Positions 44,975 through 55,054 of a stretch of 64,000 nucleotides of DNA are shown in pieces. Every line of letters begins with the position of its first letter. Position 1 is the stretch's first letter. The stretch comes from Planctomycetota bacterium (GTDB lineage Bacteria > Planctomycetota > MHYJ01 > WSZJ01): NCBI GenBank assembly GCA_038060895.1, contig JBBTCT010000026.1, forward strand, positions 1 through 64,000, given 5' to 3'. Both the position numbers and the translations under genes were made by a program. The notes under the pieces are model-generated. The model made no database searches. It worked only from the letters and a program-made list of their open reading frames with translations, and was not told the DNA's origin.

Positions 44975-47900
44975 GTGCCGGGTTCAAGCGACAGCAACAT
45001 CCGCAAGTCCATCGGCTCCGCAGGCGCCTCGCGTCCCGGCGCGGCGGAGATCGAAGCCGCGCGCCGCAACCCGAACCTGAATCTCGGGCGCACGGTCCTG
45101 CTCGAGGAGCTCGGGCGCGGCGGCATGGGCGTCGTCTACCGCGCGTGGCAGGACGACCTGCAGCGCACCGTCGCCGTCAAGATCCTCGCCGCGCACGCGC
45201 CCGGAAATGCAAACGAGCGATTTCTACGGGAAGCGCGTCTCGCGTCGAAGCTGCGCCATCCGAATATCGTGACGGTTCACGAAATGGGTGAGCACCAGGG
45301 GCGCCCGTGGTTCTCGATGGACATCGTCGAGGGCGGATCGCTCGACCCGCTCATGCGCGGACGGAAGCTGCCGGCGAAGAAGCTCTTCGAGATCCTTCGC
45401 GACATGGCGCTCGCGCTCGAGTACGCCCACCAGCAGGGCGTCGTCCACCGCGACATCAAACCCGGCAACATCCTGATCGACGCGCAGGGAAAGCCGTACC
45501 TCACCGACTTCGGGCTGGCCGGGGACCTCGAAGGGGCCGCTCGGCTCACGATGACCGGGACGGTGATGGGAACACCTGCCTACATGTCTCCGGAGCAGGC
45601 GCGCGGAAGCCGCGGCAAGCCGGACCACCGGACCGACATTTACTCCATGGGCGCGGTGATGTACGAGGGGCTCACCGGCCGGACAGCGGTGCCCAAGGAC
45701 GACATCGTCGTAATGGTGAACCACGTCATCAACGCGCACCCCGAACCGCCGCGCTCCCTGCTCGCGTCGATCCCGGAGGACGCGGAAACCATCTGCCTGA
45801 AGTGCCTGCAGAAGGAACCGGAGCGCCGCTACCAGTCGGCCAAAGAGCTCGCCGACGACATCGACCGGTTTCTCCAGGGAAAGCCGATCAAGGCCCGCGC
45901 TTCGACCCTCCTCGAGAAAGCCTCCCGGTCGGCCTGGATGCGCCCGCCCGCCCTGGCGGGGATGGCAGCCGGGATTCTTGCCATCGTTCTCGCTGCGTGG
46001 GGGATTGGCCGTTCGCGAGCGCACGACCGCGAACTCGAGCAGCGCGAATCGGCGCTGAAGTCGAGGGAATCGGAGATCCGAAGGCTGGAGGATGCGCTCG
46101 CGAAGGCGACCGACCCGGAGGAGAAGAAGCGGCTCGCGGCGGAACTTGCGGCGAAGACAGGCGCACCGGGTGTGGCGACCGACAAGAAGCCGCCCGCGAC
46201 AACAGGGGGAGGCACCACGGAGAAACCGCCCGACCCAGTCGTTCCCGTCCCGCCCAGGCCGGAACGAATTGACGGACTCGAAAGCGAACTCACCGCACGC
46301 CTCCTCCGGGGCGAATACTCGCGCGCCAGCCTGTCCCTGGAAGCGTTCCTCCCCGCGACACCGAAGGAGCGAGAGTGGCAGGCTTCCGCACGCGCCAGGA
46401 TCCATGACGCTGCGGCCAGGGTTTTTGAAGGGATCGACGAACGTGCAAAGGGACTTCTCGCCGCGGGGCGAATTGATGAAGCGATCGCCACCTGGAATGA
46501 AGCGAACGCCATCGGCCTCCAGGTCTTCACCCTCCTCGCTGCGGAGCGCATCGAATCCGCCAGGTCGCCGGCGACCAAACCGCGCGAAGCCGCGCTTCTC
46601 CGCCTCGGACCGCTTCGCGACACCGTCTCGGCGCTGGCTTCGAAACGGAACTACGACGAGTCACTGAAGGAGATTGCAACGCTGGAGAAGGCCGAGCCGT
46701 CGCTGGTTCAGGATCTCCTGCCCCTCCGGGAGGCCGTCGAGGCCGCCAGGAGCGTGTTCGCATCTGCCGCGAAGGGCGCCGCCGCGTCGAAGGGGAAAGA
46801 AATTGCGACCAAGGTCGGGCCTGGGAAGATCGAGGAGGCTGGCGACAAGACGTTCAAGACGAAGGTCGGTTCCGCGACCCTCACCTTTACGTACGCCGAG
46901 CTTGCCGCCGAGCCGCTCGTGCAGCTCGCGGAGGCCGGCCAGGCGCAGCCCGAGGCCATAGGGGTGTTCTGGCTATTCGAGGGCCGCGCGGACCTCGCCG
47001 CGAAGGCGTGGACGAAAAGTCCCCGCAAGCCGGATCTCGATGCTCTCGCGGCTTCGCTGAGGGCAGCTTCCCTCGAACGCGAGGCGCGCGGGGCGGTGGA
47101 GGACCTTCTGACGGCGGCGGAGAAGAAGGACTGGAAGCGCTGCCGCGAGATTCTTGCGCTGCGCGACAGGTACGCGGGGACGACGGCATGGGGCGCGATT
47201 TCCGAACGGCTGGAGGACATCGCGTTCGAGGCTGCGGAGAAGAAGGGGGACGAGCTGTTTGCCGTCGCAGGGCGAAAAGTGGGCGCGGGGCAGGAATGGC
47301 GGTATGACTTCAAGGACGCGGCGCAACTCCGTGACTGGGGGCAGACCGGCGGAGGTTTCTACTCCGCCACGGGTTCCGCAGGGCTCGGCTGGGACGCCGG
47401 CAGCGCATCGCTGTCCATGACGGGCGCCGAATACTTCGCCCCGGTCGAGGGGGAACAGCGGCTCGCGATTGAGATCACGCTGACCACCTTCGCGCGGGAA
47501 GGATGCGTGGAGCTCCTTGCCGGCGGATACCGCGTGGACTTCTGCGAAGGAGGCTACGCCAACCTGCACGGCCCGGACGGCAAGCGTATCGCCGAAGCGA
47601 CCCTTCCCTCGCTCGTCACCGGGAAGCCGGTCAGGATCGAGCTGAACCTCGCCGACGGCCGCGTGCGCGCGCTGCTGGACGGAAAAGAAGTCCTGTCGGG
47701 TGAAATGGCGCACCCGATCCTGCCGATGCCGCCGCGGATCGACATGATCAAGTCGGCCGCGGGACGCATTCACCGCGCGACGCTTTCCGGCCGCATTCCC
47801 CCGGGATGGGCCGAGACGGAAAAGAGCCGGCGCGCCGTCCTGGCCCGGGCGGGGCGGCCATCATCGCTCGGGAAGCCCCTCATCCTGACGGACGGAAAAT

Positions 47901-48712
47901 CGATGGGCGTCTTCACCACGGCAGAGGGCGGCGCGTGGGAAGTCCGCGACGGCGCGCTGCGCGGCTCTTCACCATCGGACGGCGTTCACGCCGAGCTGCA
48001 CTACCCGGAGCCGAAGCACCGGAACGTCCGCCTGAAGTTCTCCTACCAGATTCACTCGGGAAGGCTGCTCGAAGTCCTCATGCGCGGGGGCAACGCCCGA
48101 GTGGGGTTCAACCTGCCGACCGACCGGCCAGGAAAGTGGCGCGAGGTCGAGATCCTGATGGCAGAGGAATCCGTTCAGTGCCTGGTGGACGGACAGGTTC
48201 CGGTCCTGGGAATCGGCCAGTTGCCGGAGGTCGCCGAAGGCGGTCTGAGGTTCACTCTTCAGACCACGGTCGCGTCGATTCGCAACATGACGATGCAGGA
48301 GATCAAGGGCCTCCCCGCCACCCCTGAATGGACGGTCCTGCTCGACGGGAACCCGGTGCCGGAGGTGCGCGCTGCGGGTCCGACCTGGAACAAGGACAGC
48401 AGGCTTTACGCGGGAATGGGCTCCCTCGAATTCGACCTGAAGACACTTCCCTGCGAGTACTTCTGGCGACTCGAGGATTGCCACGGCCGGTTCACGCTCG
48501 AGGTCCGCGGCCAGAAAGTCGCTGATTTCTTCTGCGCCCTCGACCACCGGATCCTCCTTCTCCGCGTCCGCGGGGATGCGGCGGACGTGCTCCTCAATGG
48601 CGTCGAGCTCGCGCGCGACATCAAACTCCCAAAGGGAACAGGGAGCGCGAAGCTGACCGCCTCCGAAGGCGATGCGAAGATCCCCTCCATCTGCCTGAGA
48701 CCCCTGCGCTGA
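44975..48712 (+). CDS. Receptor-type Hanks Ser/Thr protein kinase with large extracytoplasmic region (copy 2)
   Basis: GRGGMGVVY, HRDIKPGN, DFG, YMSPEQ; colinear with copy 1; GTG start after GAGGGG inferred. Confidence 0.93.
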   Translation: MPGSSDSNIRKSIGSAGASRPGAAEIEAARRNPNLNLGRTVLLEELGRGGMGVVYRAWQDDLQRTVAVKILAAHAPGNANERFLREARLASKLRHPNIVTVHEMGEHQGRPWFSMDIVEGGSLDPLMRGRKLPAKKLFEILRDMALALEYAHQQGVVHRDIKPGNILIDAQGKPYLTDFGLAGDLEGAARLTMTGTVMGTPAYMSPEQARGSRGKPDHRTDIYSMGAVMYEGLTGRTAVPKDDIVVMVNHVINAHPEPPRSLLASIPEDAETICLKCLQKEPERRYQSAKELADDIDRFLQGKPIKARASTLLEKASRSAWMRPPALAGMAAGILAIVLAAWGIGRSRAHDRELEQRESALKSRESEIRRLEDALAKATDPEEKKRLAAELAAKTGAPGVATDKKPPATTGGGTTEKPPDPVVPVPPRPERIDGLESELTARLLRGEYSRASLSLEAFLPATPKEREWQASARARIHDAAARVFEGIDERAKGLLAAGRIDEAIATWNEANAIGLQVFTLLAAERIESARSPATKPREAALLRLGPLRDTVSALASKRNYDESLKEIATLEKAEPSLVQDLLPLREAVEAARSVFASAAKGAAASKGKEIATKVGPGKIEEAGDKTFKTKVGSATLTFTYAELAAEPLVQLAEAGQAQPEAIGVFWLFEGRADLAAKAWTKSPRKPDLDALAASLRAASLEREARGAVEDLLTAAEKKDWKRCREILALRDRYAGTTAWGAISERLEDIAFEAAEKKGDELFAVAGRKVGAGQEWRYDFKDAAQLRDWGQTGGGFYSATGSAGLGWDAGSASLSMTGAEYFAPVEGEQRLAIEITLTTFAREGCVELLAGGYRVDFCEGGYANLHGPDGKRIAEATLPSLVTGKPVRIELNLADGRVRALLDGKEVLSGEMAHPILPMPPRIDMIKSAAGRIHRATLSGRIPPGWAETEKSRRAVLARAGRPSSLGKPLILTDGKSMGVFTTAEGGAWEVRDGALRGSSPSDGVHAELHYPEPKHRNVRLKFSYQIHSGRLLEVLMRGGNARVGFNLPTDRPGKWREVEILMAEESVQCLVDGQVPVLGIGQLPEVAEGGLRFTLQTTVASIRNMTMQEIKGLPATPEWTVLLDGNPVPEVRAAGPTWNKDSRLYAGMGSLEFDLKTLPCEYFWRLEDCHGRFTLEVRGQKVADFFCALDHRILLLRVRGDAADVLLNGVELARDIKLPKGTGSAKLTASEGDAKIPSICLRPLR

Positions 48713-48774
48713 CCCGCGCGGACCTCCCGCGCGTTGACGGACCGCCCCCGGTCGGGGATGGTATCGCACCTCCC

Positions 48775-49932
48775 TTGCGCATCCTCATCGTCACCGGCAC
48801 GTTCCACCCCGAGGCGGGCGGCCCTTCGCGCTACCTCCTCAACCTCGCCACGGACCTCGCGCGCGCCGGCCACGGCGTCTCGGTCGTCACTTTCGGTGAA
48901 CCGTTCGAGCACGCGTACCCGTTTGCCGTGAAGCGCATCTCGCGAAAGTGGCCGGTCCCCGTGCGGCTGGCTCTCATGGCGGCTTCGATCATCCCGCGCG
49001 CGGCGACGGCCGACCTTCTCTTCGTCAATGACTACGGCCTCCCGCCCGCCATCGTCAACCTGTCTCTCCGCAAACCCATGGTCATGAAGATCGTCGGCGA
49101 TTTCGCCTGGGAATGGTCCGTCCGCCACGGGCACGTGACCGAGAACATCGATGACTTCCAGGTCCATGGCCACGACGCGACGGTGTCGCTCGTGAAGGGG
49201 CTGCAGCGCTTCTACGCCGGCCAGGCCGACCGGATCATCACGCCGAGCGGATACCTGCGGGGGATCGTCGGCGGATGGGGAATCGACAGCGCGCGTGTCC
49301 GGGTCGTCACGAACGCCGTGGACCCCGCGAAGTACGTTTTCCCGGAGTCGCGGGAAGCGGCGCAGAAGGCGCTCGGGCTCGAGGGGCGCTTCGTCGTGAC
49401 GGTCGCGCGGCTGACGCCGTGGAAGGGGGTGGACGCGCTGATCCGGTGCGTCCCGCGGCTGCCTTCCGGCTGGAAGCTGCTGGTGGTCGGCGACGGGCCG
49501 GAGCGCGCGCGGCTCGAAGCGCAAACGCAGGCCGCCGGATTGACGCAGCGCGTTATTTTCACGGGGGAAGTCGCGCAGGACCAGGTGCCGGGATACCTCC
49601 GCGCCAGCGACATCTTCGCGCTCTTCACCGGCTACGAAGGCCTTTCCCACGTGCTCCTGGAAGCGCAGCTGGCCGGGCTCCCGACGGTGGCGACGCGCAA
49701 GGGCGGGAACCCCGAGGTGATCCGGCATGGCGAGAACGGAATTCTCGTCGAGTACGGGGACGAGGACGGGTTGTGCCAGGCGCTGGTGCGGCTGGCCGGG
49801 GACGAGGCGGTTCGGGCGAAACTGGCGGAGAATGCGCGTCGCGCCTCGGCAGAATTCGACTGGAGCCGCCTCATGGAAAGGACGACGGCGGTTTTCCGGG
49901 AGGCGGCGTTCGGGGTGGAGGGAAACCGATGA
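48775..49932 (+). CDS. Glycosyltransferase family 4
   Basis: MRILIV...GGP, ARLTPWKG, VGDGPER, YEGLSHVLLEA. Confidence 0.92.
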   Translation: MRILIVTGTFHPEAGGPSRYLLNLATDLARAGHGVSVVTFGEPFEHAYPFAVKRISRKWPVPVRLALMAASIIPRAATADLLFVNDYGLPPAIVNLSLRKPMVMKIVGDFAWEWSVRHGHVTENIDDFQVHGHDATVSLVKGLQRFYAGQADRIITPSGYLRGIVGGWGIDSARVRVVTNAVDPAKYVFPESREAAQKALGLEGRFVVTVARLTPWKGVDALIRCVPRLPSGWKLLVVGDGPERARLEAQTQAAGLTQRVIFTGEVAQDQVPGYLRASDIFALFTGYEGLSHVLLEAQLAGLPTVATRKGGNPEVIRHGENGILVEYGDEDGLCQALVRLAGDEAVRAKLAENARRASAEFDWSRLMERTTAVFREAAFGVEGNR

Positions 49933-51095
49933 GCGCCCCGAGGGTGCGGGTGACGTTCGTCCTTCCGAGCCTGCTCATCGGCGGGATCGAGCGGCACCTG
50001 ATCAAGATGCTGGCGCTGTTCGACCGCGCGCGATTCTCGCTCGCGGTGATCACCCTGTTCGACTACCCGGAGCGCCAGAATCTCTACTCAGAAGTCCCGC
50101 GGGACGTCCGCGTCGAGCGCCTCGCGTTCCGGGGCTTCTGGGACGCGCGTTCGTGGACGCGGCTCTGCCGCGCCCTCAACGACACTTCCCCCGACGTCGT
50201 CGTGAGCAGCATGTTCTCCGCCAACGCCGCCGTGCGACTGCTCAAGCCGGTGCTCGCCTACCGCGTCGTGACGCGCGAACACAACCTGTACGACGACAAG
50301 AAGTGGTACCACTGCCTCCTCGACCACGCGTTCTCGTACCTCTCCGACGGCGCCGTCGCGGTCTCGCGCATGGTCGCGGACTACGCTTCCGCCCAGGCCC
50401 GCATTCCGCGGCGAAAGTTCACGGTGATTCACAACGGAGTGGACCTCGACCGCATTCGCGAATTTGCCGCGAGCTCCGGGCCTGAGGTCGCGCGCGTGCG
50501 GTCGGAGCTCGGAATCGGCCCGGACCGGAAGATCGTCCTGAACGTGGCGCGCCTCAAGCCGCAGAAGAACCACGACCTCCTCATCGACGGGTTCGACCTC
50601 TTCTGGAAAAGCCACCCGGAGTACATCCTCGTCGTCGCCGGGGACGGGGTCGAGCGGCCACGGCTGGACGCCTCCATCGCGCAACGCGGCCTCGGCGACC
50701 GCGTGCGGATGCTCGGTTTCCGCAAGGACGTCTACTCCTGGTTCGCGGCCGCCGATATGTTCGCGCTGACTTCGCGCCGCGAAGGATTCCCGAACGTCGG
50801 CGTCGAAGCGCTGGCCTTCGGCCTCCCGTTCGTTTCCACGCTCGTCTCGGGCGTCGATGAGATCATCGAGGACGGCCGCAACGGCTACATCACCGCCGCC
50901 GACCCGGAAGCGCTGGCCGCCGCCCTGGGCCGCGTCGCCGCCCTGACCGCCGCCGACCGCGCGAAGCTCAGCGTGGCCTGCCAGGAGACCGCGCGCCGCT
51001 TCGACATGCCGCGCATCGTGCGCAAGTACGAGGATTTCATCCTGCGCTGCTGCCGCCGCGGCGACCTTTCGCCCTCCCCGGTCGCCGCCTCATGA
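49929..51095 (+). CDS. Glycosyltransferase family 4
   Basis: GGIERH, IHNGVD, ARLKPQKN, LGFRKDV, EGFPNVGVEA; ATGA overlap. Confidence 0.92.
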   Translation: MSAPRVRVTFVLPSLLIGGIERHLIKMLALFDRARFSLAVITLFDYPERQNLYSEVPRDVRVERLAFRGFWDARSWTRLCRALNDTSPDVVVSSMFSANAAVRLLKPVLAYRVVTREHNLYDDKKWYHCLLDHAFSYLSDGAVAVSRMVADYASAQARIPRRKFTVIHNGVDLDRIREFAASSGPEVARVRSELGIGPDRKIVLNVARLKPQKNHDLLIDGFDLFWKSHPEYILVVAGDGVERPRLDASIAQRGLGDRVRMLGFRKDVYSWFAAADMFALTSRREGFPNVGVEALAFGLPFVSTLVSGVDEIIEDGRNGYITAADPEALAAALGRVAALTAADRAKLSVACQETARRFDMPRIVRKYEDFILRCCRRGDLSPSPVAAS

Positions 51096-52162
51096 AACTG
51101 TTCCACCTCATCACCACCCTCGACATCGGCGGAGCTGAGAACCACCTCCTCTCGCTTCTCCCGCGCCTCCCCCGCCCCGAATTCGACGTCCAGGTCGGCT
51201 ACCTCAAGGGCGCAGGAGGGCTCGCCCCACGTTTCCGTGAAGCCGGCATCCCCGTCACCGACTTCCACCTGAAGCATGCGGCGGACGCCCTCGTGGTCCG
51301 ACGACTCGCGAAAGCGTTCGAGGGAAGCGACCTGGTCCACACGCACCTGTTCAAGGCCGACGTCTTCGGCGCGGCAGCCGCGAAAATGTCGGGCGTGAAG
51401 AGGCTGGTCTCGTCGAAGCACAACGAGGACCAGTACCTCAAGGACTTCGCGGCCGGGATGATCGGGCGGATGGCCGCGCGGGCGGCCGACAAGGTCGTCT
51501 GCATTTCGGAAGCGGTGAACCGGTTCATGCGCGAGCGGGGGTTGCGGGAGGACCGGCTCGTGACCATCCCGTACGGCCTCGAAGAACGTGCGCCCGACCT
51601 GTCGAAGCGGCAGCGGCTGCGCCGCGAGTTCGGCGCAGGCCACGAGGACTTCGTCGTGGGCACCATGGGGCGCCTCGAAGAGCAGAAGGGACAGAGCTAC
51701 CTCATTGCCGCGATGCGTCAATGCTCCGGCAGGCTCGTCATCGTCGGCAAGGGCTCTCTCGAAGCCTCGCTGAAAAAACTCGCCGCCCCTCTCGGGGACC
51801 GCGTCCACTTCGCGGGCTTCCGCAACGACGTCCACGACGTGATGGGAGCGTTCGACCTGTTCGTCCTTCCATCCCTCTGGGAAGGTTTCGGCCTCGTGCT
51901 CCTCGAGGCCATGGCCCAGGCGCGCGCCGTCGTGGCGACCTCTTCCGGCGCAATCCCGGAAATCGTTTCGGAGGGCACGACCGGCTACGTGGTGCCGCCC
52001 TCGGACGCGATGGCCCTCGCCTCCGCCATCACGGCCATCATCTCCGATCCCGCCCGGGCCCGCGCGCTGGGCGAGGCCGGGCGAAAACGCCTGCTCGAAC
52101 ACTTCGGCATCGGGCGCATGGTCGACGCGTACGTGGACTTGTACCGGGGGTTGCACGGATGA
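51092..52162 (+). CDS. Glycosyltransferase family 4
   Basis: GGAENH, VHTH, GRLEEQKG, PSLWEGFGLVLLEAMA. Confidence 0.93.
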   Translation: MKLFHLITTLDIGGAENHLLSLLPRLPRPEFDVQVGYLKGAGGLAPRFREAGIPVTDFHLKHAADALVVRRLAKAFEGSDLVHTHLFKADVFGAAAAKMSGVKRLVSSKHNEDQYLKDFAAGMIGRMAARAADKVVCISEAVNRFMRERGLREDRLVTIPYGLEERAPDLSKRQRLRREFGAGHEDFVVGTMGRLEEQKGQSYLIAAMRQCSGRLVIVGKGSLEASLKKLAAPLGDRVHFAGFRNDVHDVMGAFDLFVLPSLWEGFGLVLLEAMAQARAVVATSSGAIPEIVSEGTTGYVVPPSDAMALASAITAIISDPARARALGEAGRKRLLEHFGIGRMVDAYVDLYRGLHG

Positions 52163-53283
52163 GTCGCCTCCCCATTCTCCTGGTGACGCGCCCCGGCATC
52201 GGCGGCGCGGCCAAGCACGTCCAGATGATCTGCGACCTTATCGACAAGTCCGCCTTCGACGTGAGCGTCGCGGCCTCCCCTCTCGAGGACCCGCGTTTCC
52301 TCATCCAGCTCGCCCAATCCGGCGTCCGCGTAATCGAATTTCCGTTGAAGCGCGAGCCGCACCCGGCGGACGTACTCGCGCTGTTCGGCCTCGTCAAGCT
52401 GCTCCGGCGGCGCCGCCCGGCGCTCGTCCACGCGCACACTTCCAAACCCGGGCTGCTGGCGCGGCTGGCGGGAACGGCGTGGGGGATCCCGACGCTCTAC
52501 ACGCCCCATGGCTTTTATTTTCACTACGACCTGCCGGCCTGGAAGCGTCGCCTCTACCGCGAGCTGGAGCGGGTCGCGGGGATGTGGACGACGCGCATGA
52601 TCTGCGTGACCGAGGAGGAGGCGCGGCAGGCCGACGAAGCGCACCTGGTTCCGCCGTCGAAGGTCTTCGTTCTCCCGAACGCCCTCCGGCTCGACCAGTG
52701 CGAGGCGAAGCGCACGCGCGCCGAGGTGCGCGCCGAGTTCGGCATCCCGCTTCACGCGCCGCTGTTCGTAATGGTCGGCCGCCTCGCGTCCCCGAAAGAC
52801 CCCTTCACGCTCCTCCGTGCCGTGGATCGCCTCGCGGACGATGTCCACGTGCTCTTCGCAGGCGACGGCCCGCAGAAAGCAGAAGTCGCGGGGCTCGCGC
52901 GCGAGCTGGGAATGGAAAAGCGCGTTCACCTCCCCGGCCACCGCGACGATCCCATGGACCTGACGGCGGCGGGCGACATCGCGGTGCTTTCGTCGAAGTG
53001 GGAGGGGCTTCCCTTTGCGCTCCTGGAAGCGATGGCGCTGTCCCGTCCGCTCGTCGCAACCGACGTGAGCGGTTGTCGCGATGCTCTCGGCGGCACGGGC
53101 GCCGGCGTGCTCGTCCCGGTTTCGGACCCCGACGCGATGGCGAAGGCGCTCGGGATGCTCTGGGCCGACCCGAACGGCCGCGCGAAGATGGGTGAGACGG
53201 GACGGCGGCTGGTCGAGGAGAAGTACAGCGCCGGGCTGTGGATCAAGCGGCTCGAGGCGCTCTATCGATCGGTCGCGCGCTGA
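52159..53283 (+). CDS. Glycosyltransferase family 4
   Basis: GGAAKH, VHAHTSK, YTPHG, GRLASPKD, SKWEGLPFALLEAMA; ATGA overlap. Confidence 0.92.
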   Translation: MSRLPILLVTRPGIGGAAKHVQMICDLIDKSAFDVSVAASPLEDPRFLIQLAQSGVRVIEFPLKREPHPADVLALFGLVKLLRRRRPALVHAHTSKPGLLARLAGTAWGIPTLYTPHGFYFHYDLPAWKRRLYRELERVAGMWTTRMICVTEEEARQADEAHLVPPSKVFVLPNALRLDQCEAKRTRAEVRAEFGIPLHAPLFVMVGRLASPKDPFTLLRAVDRLADDVHVLFAGDGPQKAEVAGLARELGMEKRVHLPGHRDDPMDLTAAGDIAVLSSKWEGLPFALLEAMALSRPLVATDVSGCRDALGGTGAGVLVPVSDPDAMAKALGMLWADPNGRAKMGETGRRLVEEKYSAGLWIKRLEALYRSVAR

Positions 53284-53467
53284 GGGAGAAGCAGATCGCT
53301 CGAGCTGAGCGATCAAGCTGCCTGACGGCCATCAGGTCGCCGTCGCATACCGCGCGTACATCCCCTTCCCGAAGAGTCACCAACGCCGCTGTCTTCCCGG
53401 AAGCACTCACGAATTCGACTTCCAGGCCTGGCCCCGTCCTCGAGTCGATATCAAGACTGCGGGCCAC
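53243..53467 (-). pseudogene. Remnant of a DUF4926-family gene
   Basis: GLEVEFVSASGKTAALVTLREGDVRAV...LMAVR resembles the DUF4926 C-terminal half; typical N-terminal half not recognisable; ORF runs into the convergent GT gene. Confidence 0.5.
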
Positions 53468-53623
53468 GCGAAATCCAAAAACGGTCGTGTCGGATCGCGA
53501 GCGCTCACATCGTCCCGAGGCGCGGTCGGAGAAAGTCCCGATCGAGCCCGCGCTGCGCCGCGCCGGTGAAGCGCCCGCCGCCGTCCTCGCGAGATCCAGG
53601 TGTCAGGCGAACGTCGTGCATGC

Positions 53624-54793
53624 TTACTTGTCCCTCAACGCCTTCAGCTTTGACGCAAAGAACTTCCAGCCCTCGAAGTGCTCCGCGCGTTCCGCCTTTC
53701 CATCCTCCGTATCGGCGTAGGGCCCGTGCGTTATCGTCATCCGGGTGCCGTTCTCGATCAGCTCAAGATCGATCGTCACTTTCAGCGCCGGCTTGTCCTT
53801 CGGTTCGTGGTCCCACTTCCACGTGAACCCGAACTGCTTACACGGGACCCATGTCGTGATTTCGCCGCGAAGCGTCCACTTCTGCGCAGGCCACGACAAC
53901 ACGTGCGTGCCGCCGACCTTGTCGCCGACCTCCGCCTTCGTCGCCCACCACTTCTCGAGCAGTTCCGGCTTCGTGTGATGGTCAAACATCTCCTGCGGCG
54001 AAAACCCGGGGAAGTCGCCCTGGAGGACGAGTGTGTCCTTCGCTGTGGAGACGTCCTTCAGGGCCGCCGGGATTTCCTGGAAGAGGTCCTTCGTCGGAGT
54101 CGAGCTCAGGATGAGGAGGCTGCCCTGGCCCCATTCGATCTGCGCGATGGCGCCTTCGTCCGTCACCCAGGCATAAGTGGGCGGTCGTTCCAGGCGGTGA
54201 GCCTCGTACTTCCAGACGTTCAGGGTCTTCCCCTCCCAGGCCAGCTGCTCCTGTCCAAGGCACCGGATGACGACCTTGCCGGCCATCGCGGGAACGCCTG
54301 ACAAGCTGATCTCCGCAAAGCCCAGGGCGGGCGTCAGTTCTTCGCGCGGCATCGTCGCAGCCAGCACGATGGTGAGTCCGGCGCTGGCTTGGGAGCTCGT
54401 GTCGATCAGGACTTCTTCCTTCTTCTCCGAGGAGGATTTGGCGCCCCGGCCGACAATGCCCTTCTTCGCCTCGGACCATTCGGCCTCGGCGGACGGGCCG
54501 CCGTCGACCTCCATGGCGGCGCGCACGAAATTCCTCCGGGCATCGACTTCCATGGAACGCTTCTCGGCGTAATGTCCGCCCGGATAGGCGACCTTGAGCT
54601 CCCACGTGGACTTGAGCCCACCGCCCGCCGGCTTGTCGATCGTCAGGCGCATGTATCCCTCGGTCTTCCCGTGCTGTTCGACGGCGCGGTACCAGAACTC
54701 GCCGGTCTTCACGGGCGGCCAGGGCGCCGCTTCCTCGGCGCGGACCAGCGACAGGGTTGCGAAGACCGGCAGGATTGCGAGAACACGCTTCAT
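53624..54793 (-). CDS. Secreted protein with a beta-rich N-terminal domain fused to an SRPBCC/AHSA1 domain
   Basis: Signal peptide MKRVLAILPV...VRA; C-terminal TKPELLEKWW, GGTHVLSW, FTWKW, GTRMTITH, HFEGW. Confidence 0.78.
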   Translation of the reverse strand: MKRVLAILPVFATLSLVRAEEAAPWPPVKTGEFWYRAVEQHGKTEGYMRLTIDKPAGGGLKSTWELKVAYPGGHYAEKRSMEVDARRNFVRAAMEVDGGPSAEAEWSEAKKGIVGRGAKSSSEKKEEVLIDTSSQASAGLTIVLAATMPREELTPALGFAEISLSGVPAMAGKVVIRCLGQEQLAWEGKTLNVWKYEAHRLERPPTYAWVTDEGAIAQIEWGQGSLLILSSTPTKDLFQEIPAALKDVSTAKDTLVLQGDFPGFSPQEMFDHHTKPELLEKWWATKAEVGDKVGGTHVLSWPAQKWTLRGEITTWVPCKQFGFTWKWDHEPKDKPALKVTIDLELIENGTRMTITHGPYADTEDGKAERAEHFEGWKFFASKLKALRDK

Positions 54794-55054
54794 CGGGATC
54801 TCCGGGTCAGGGGCGAGTGCGCCGGGGAGTGTTGTAGCATTCCCGCGCCGAAACCGAAGTCGCTCCTTGTTCCGGCGCCGCGGCAGGCCCGCCAGGAAAC
54901 CGCCCGGGTCATCAGCGCATGCAAGGGTTCCTCGTGAAGAGAGTGCTCACGGGGGCGCCGCTCCGGAGCGGTTCCCTGCCGGGTCCGCCGGAAAGAGAAG
55001 GGGAACCGCGAATCTGTGGAGAGATCCGCGATTCCCGAATTGAACGGTCAGGAG

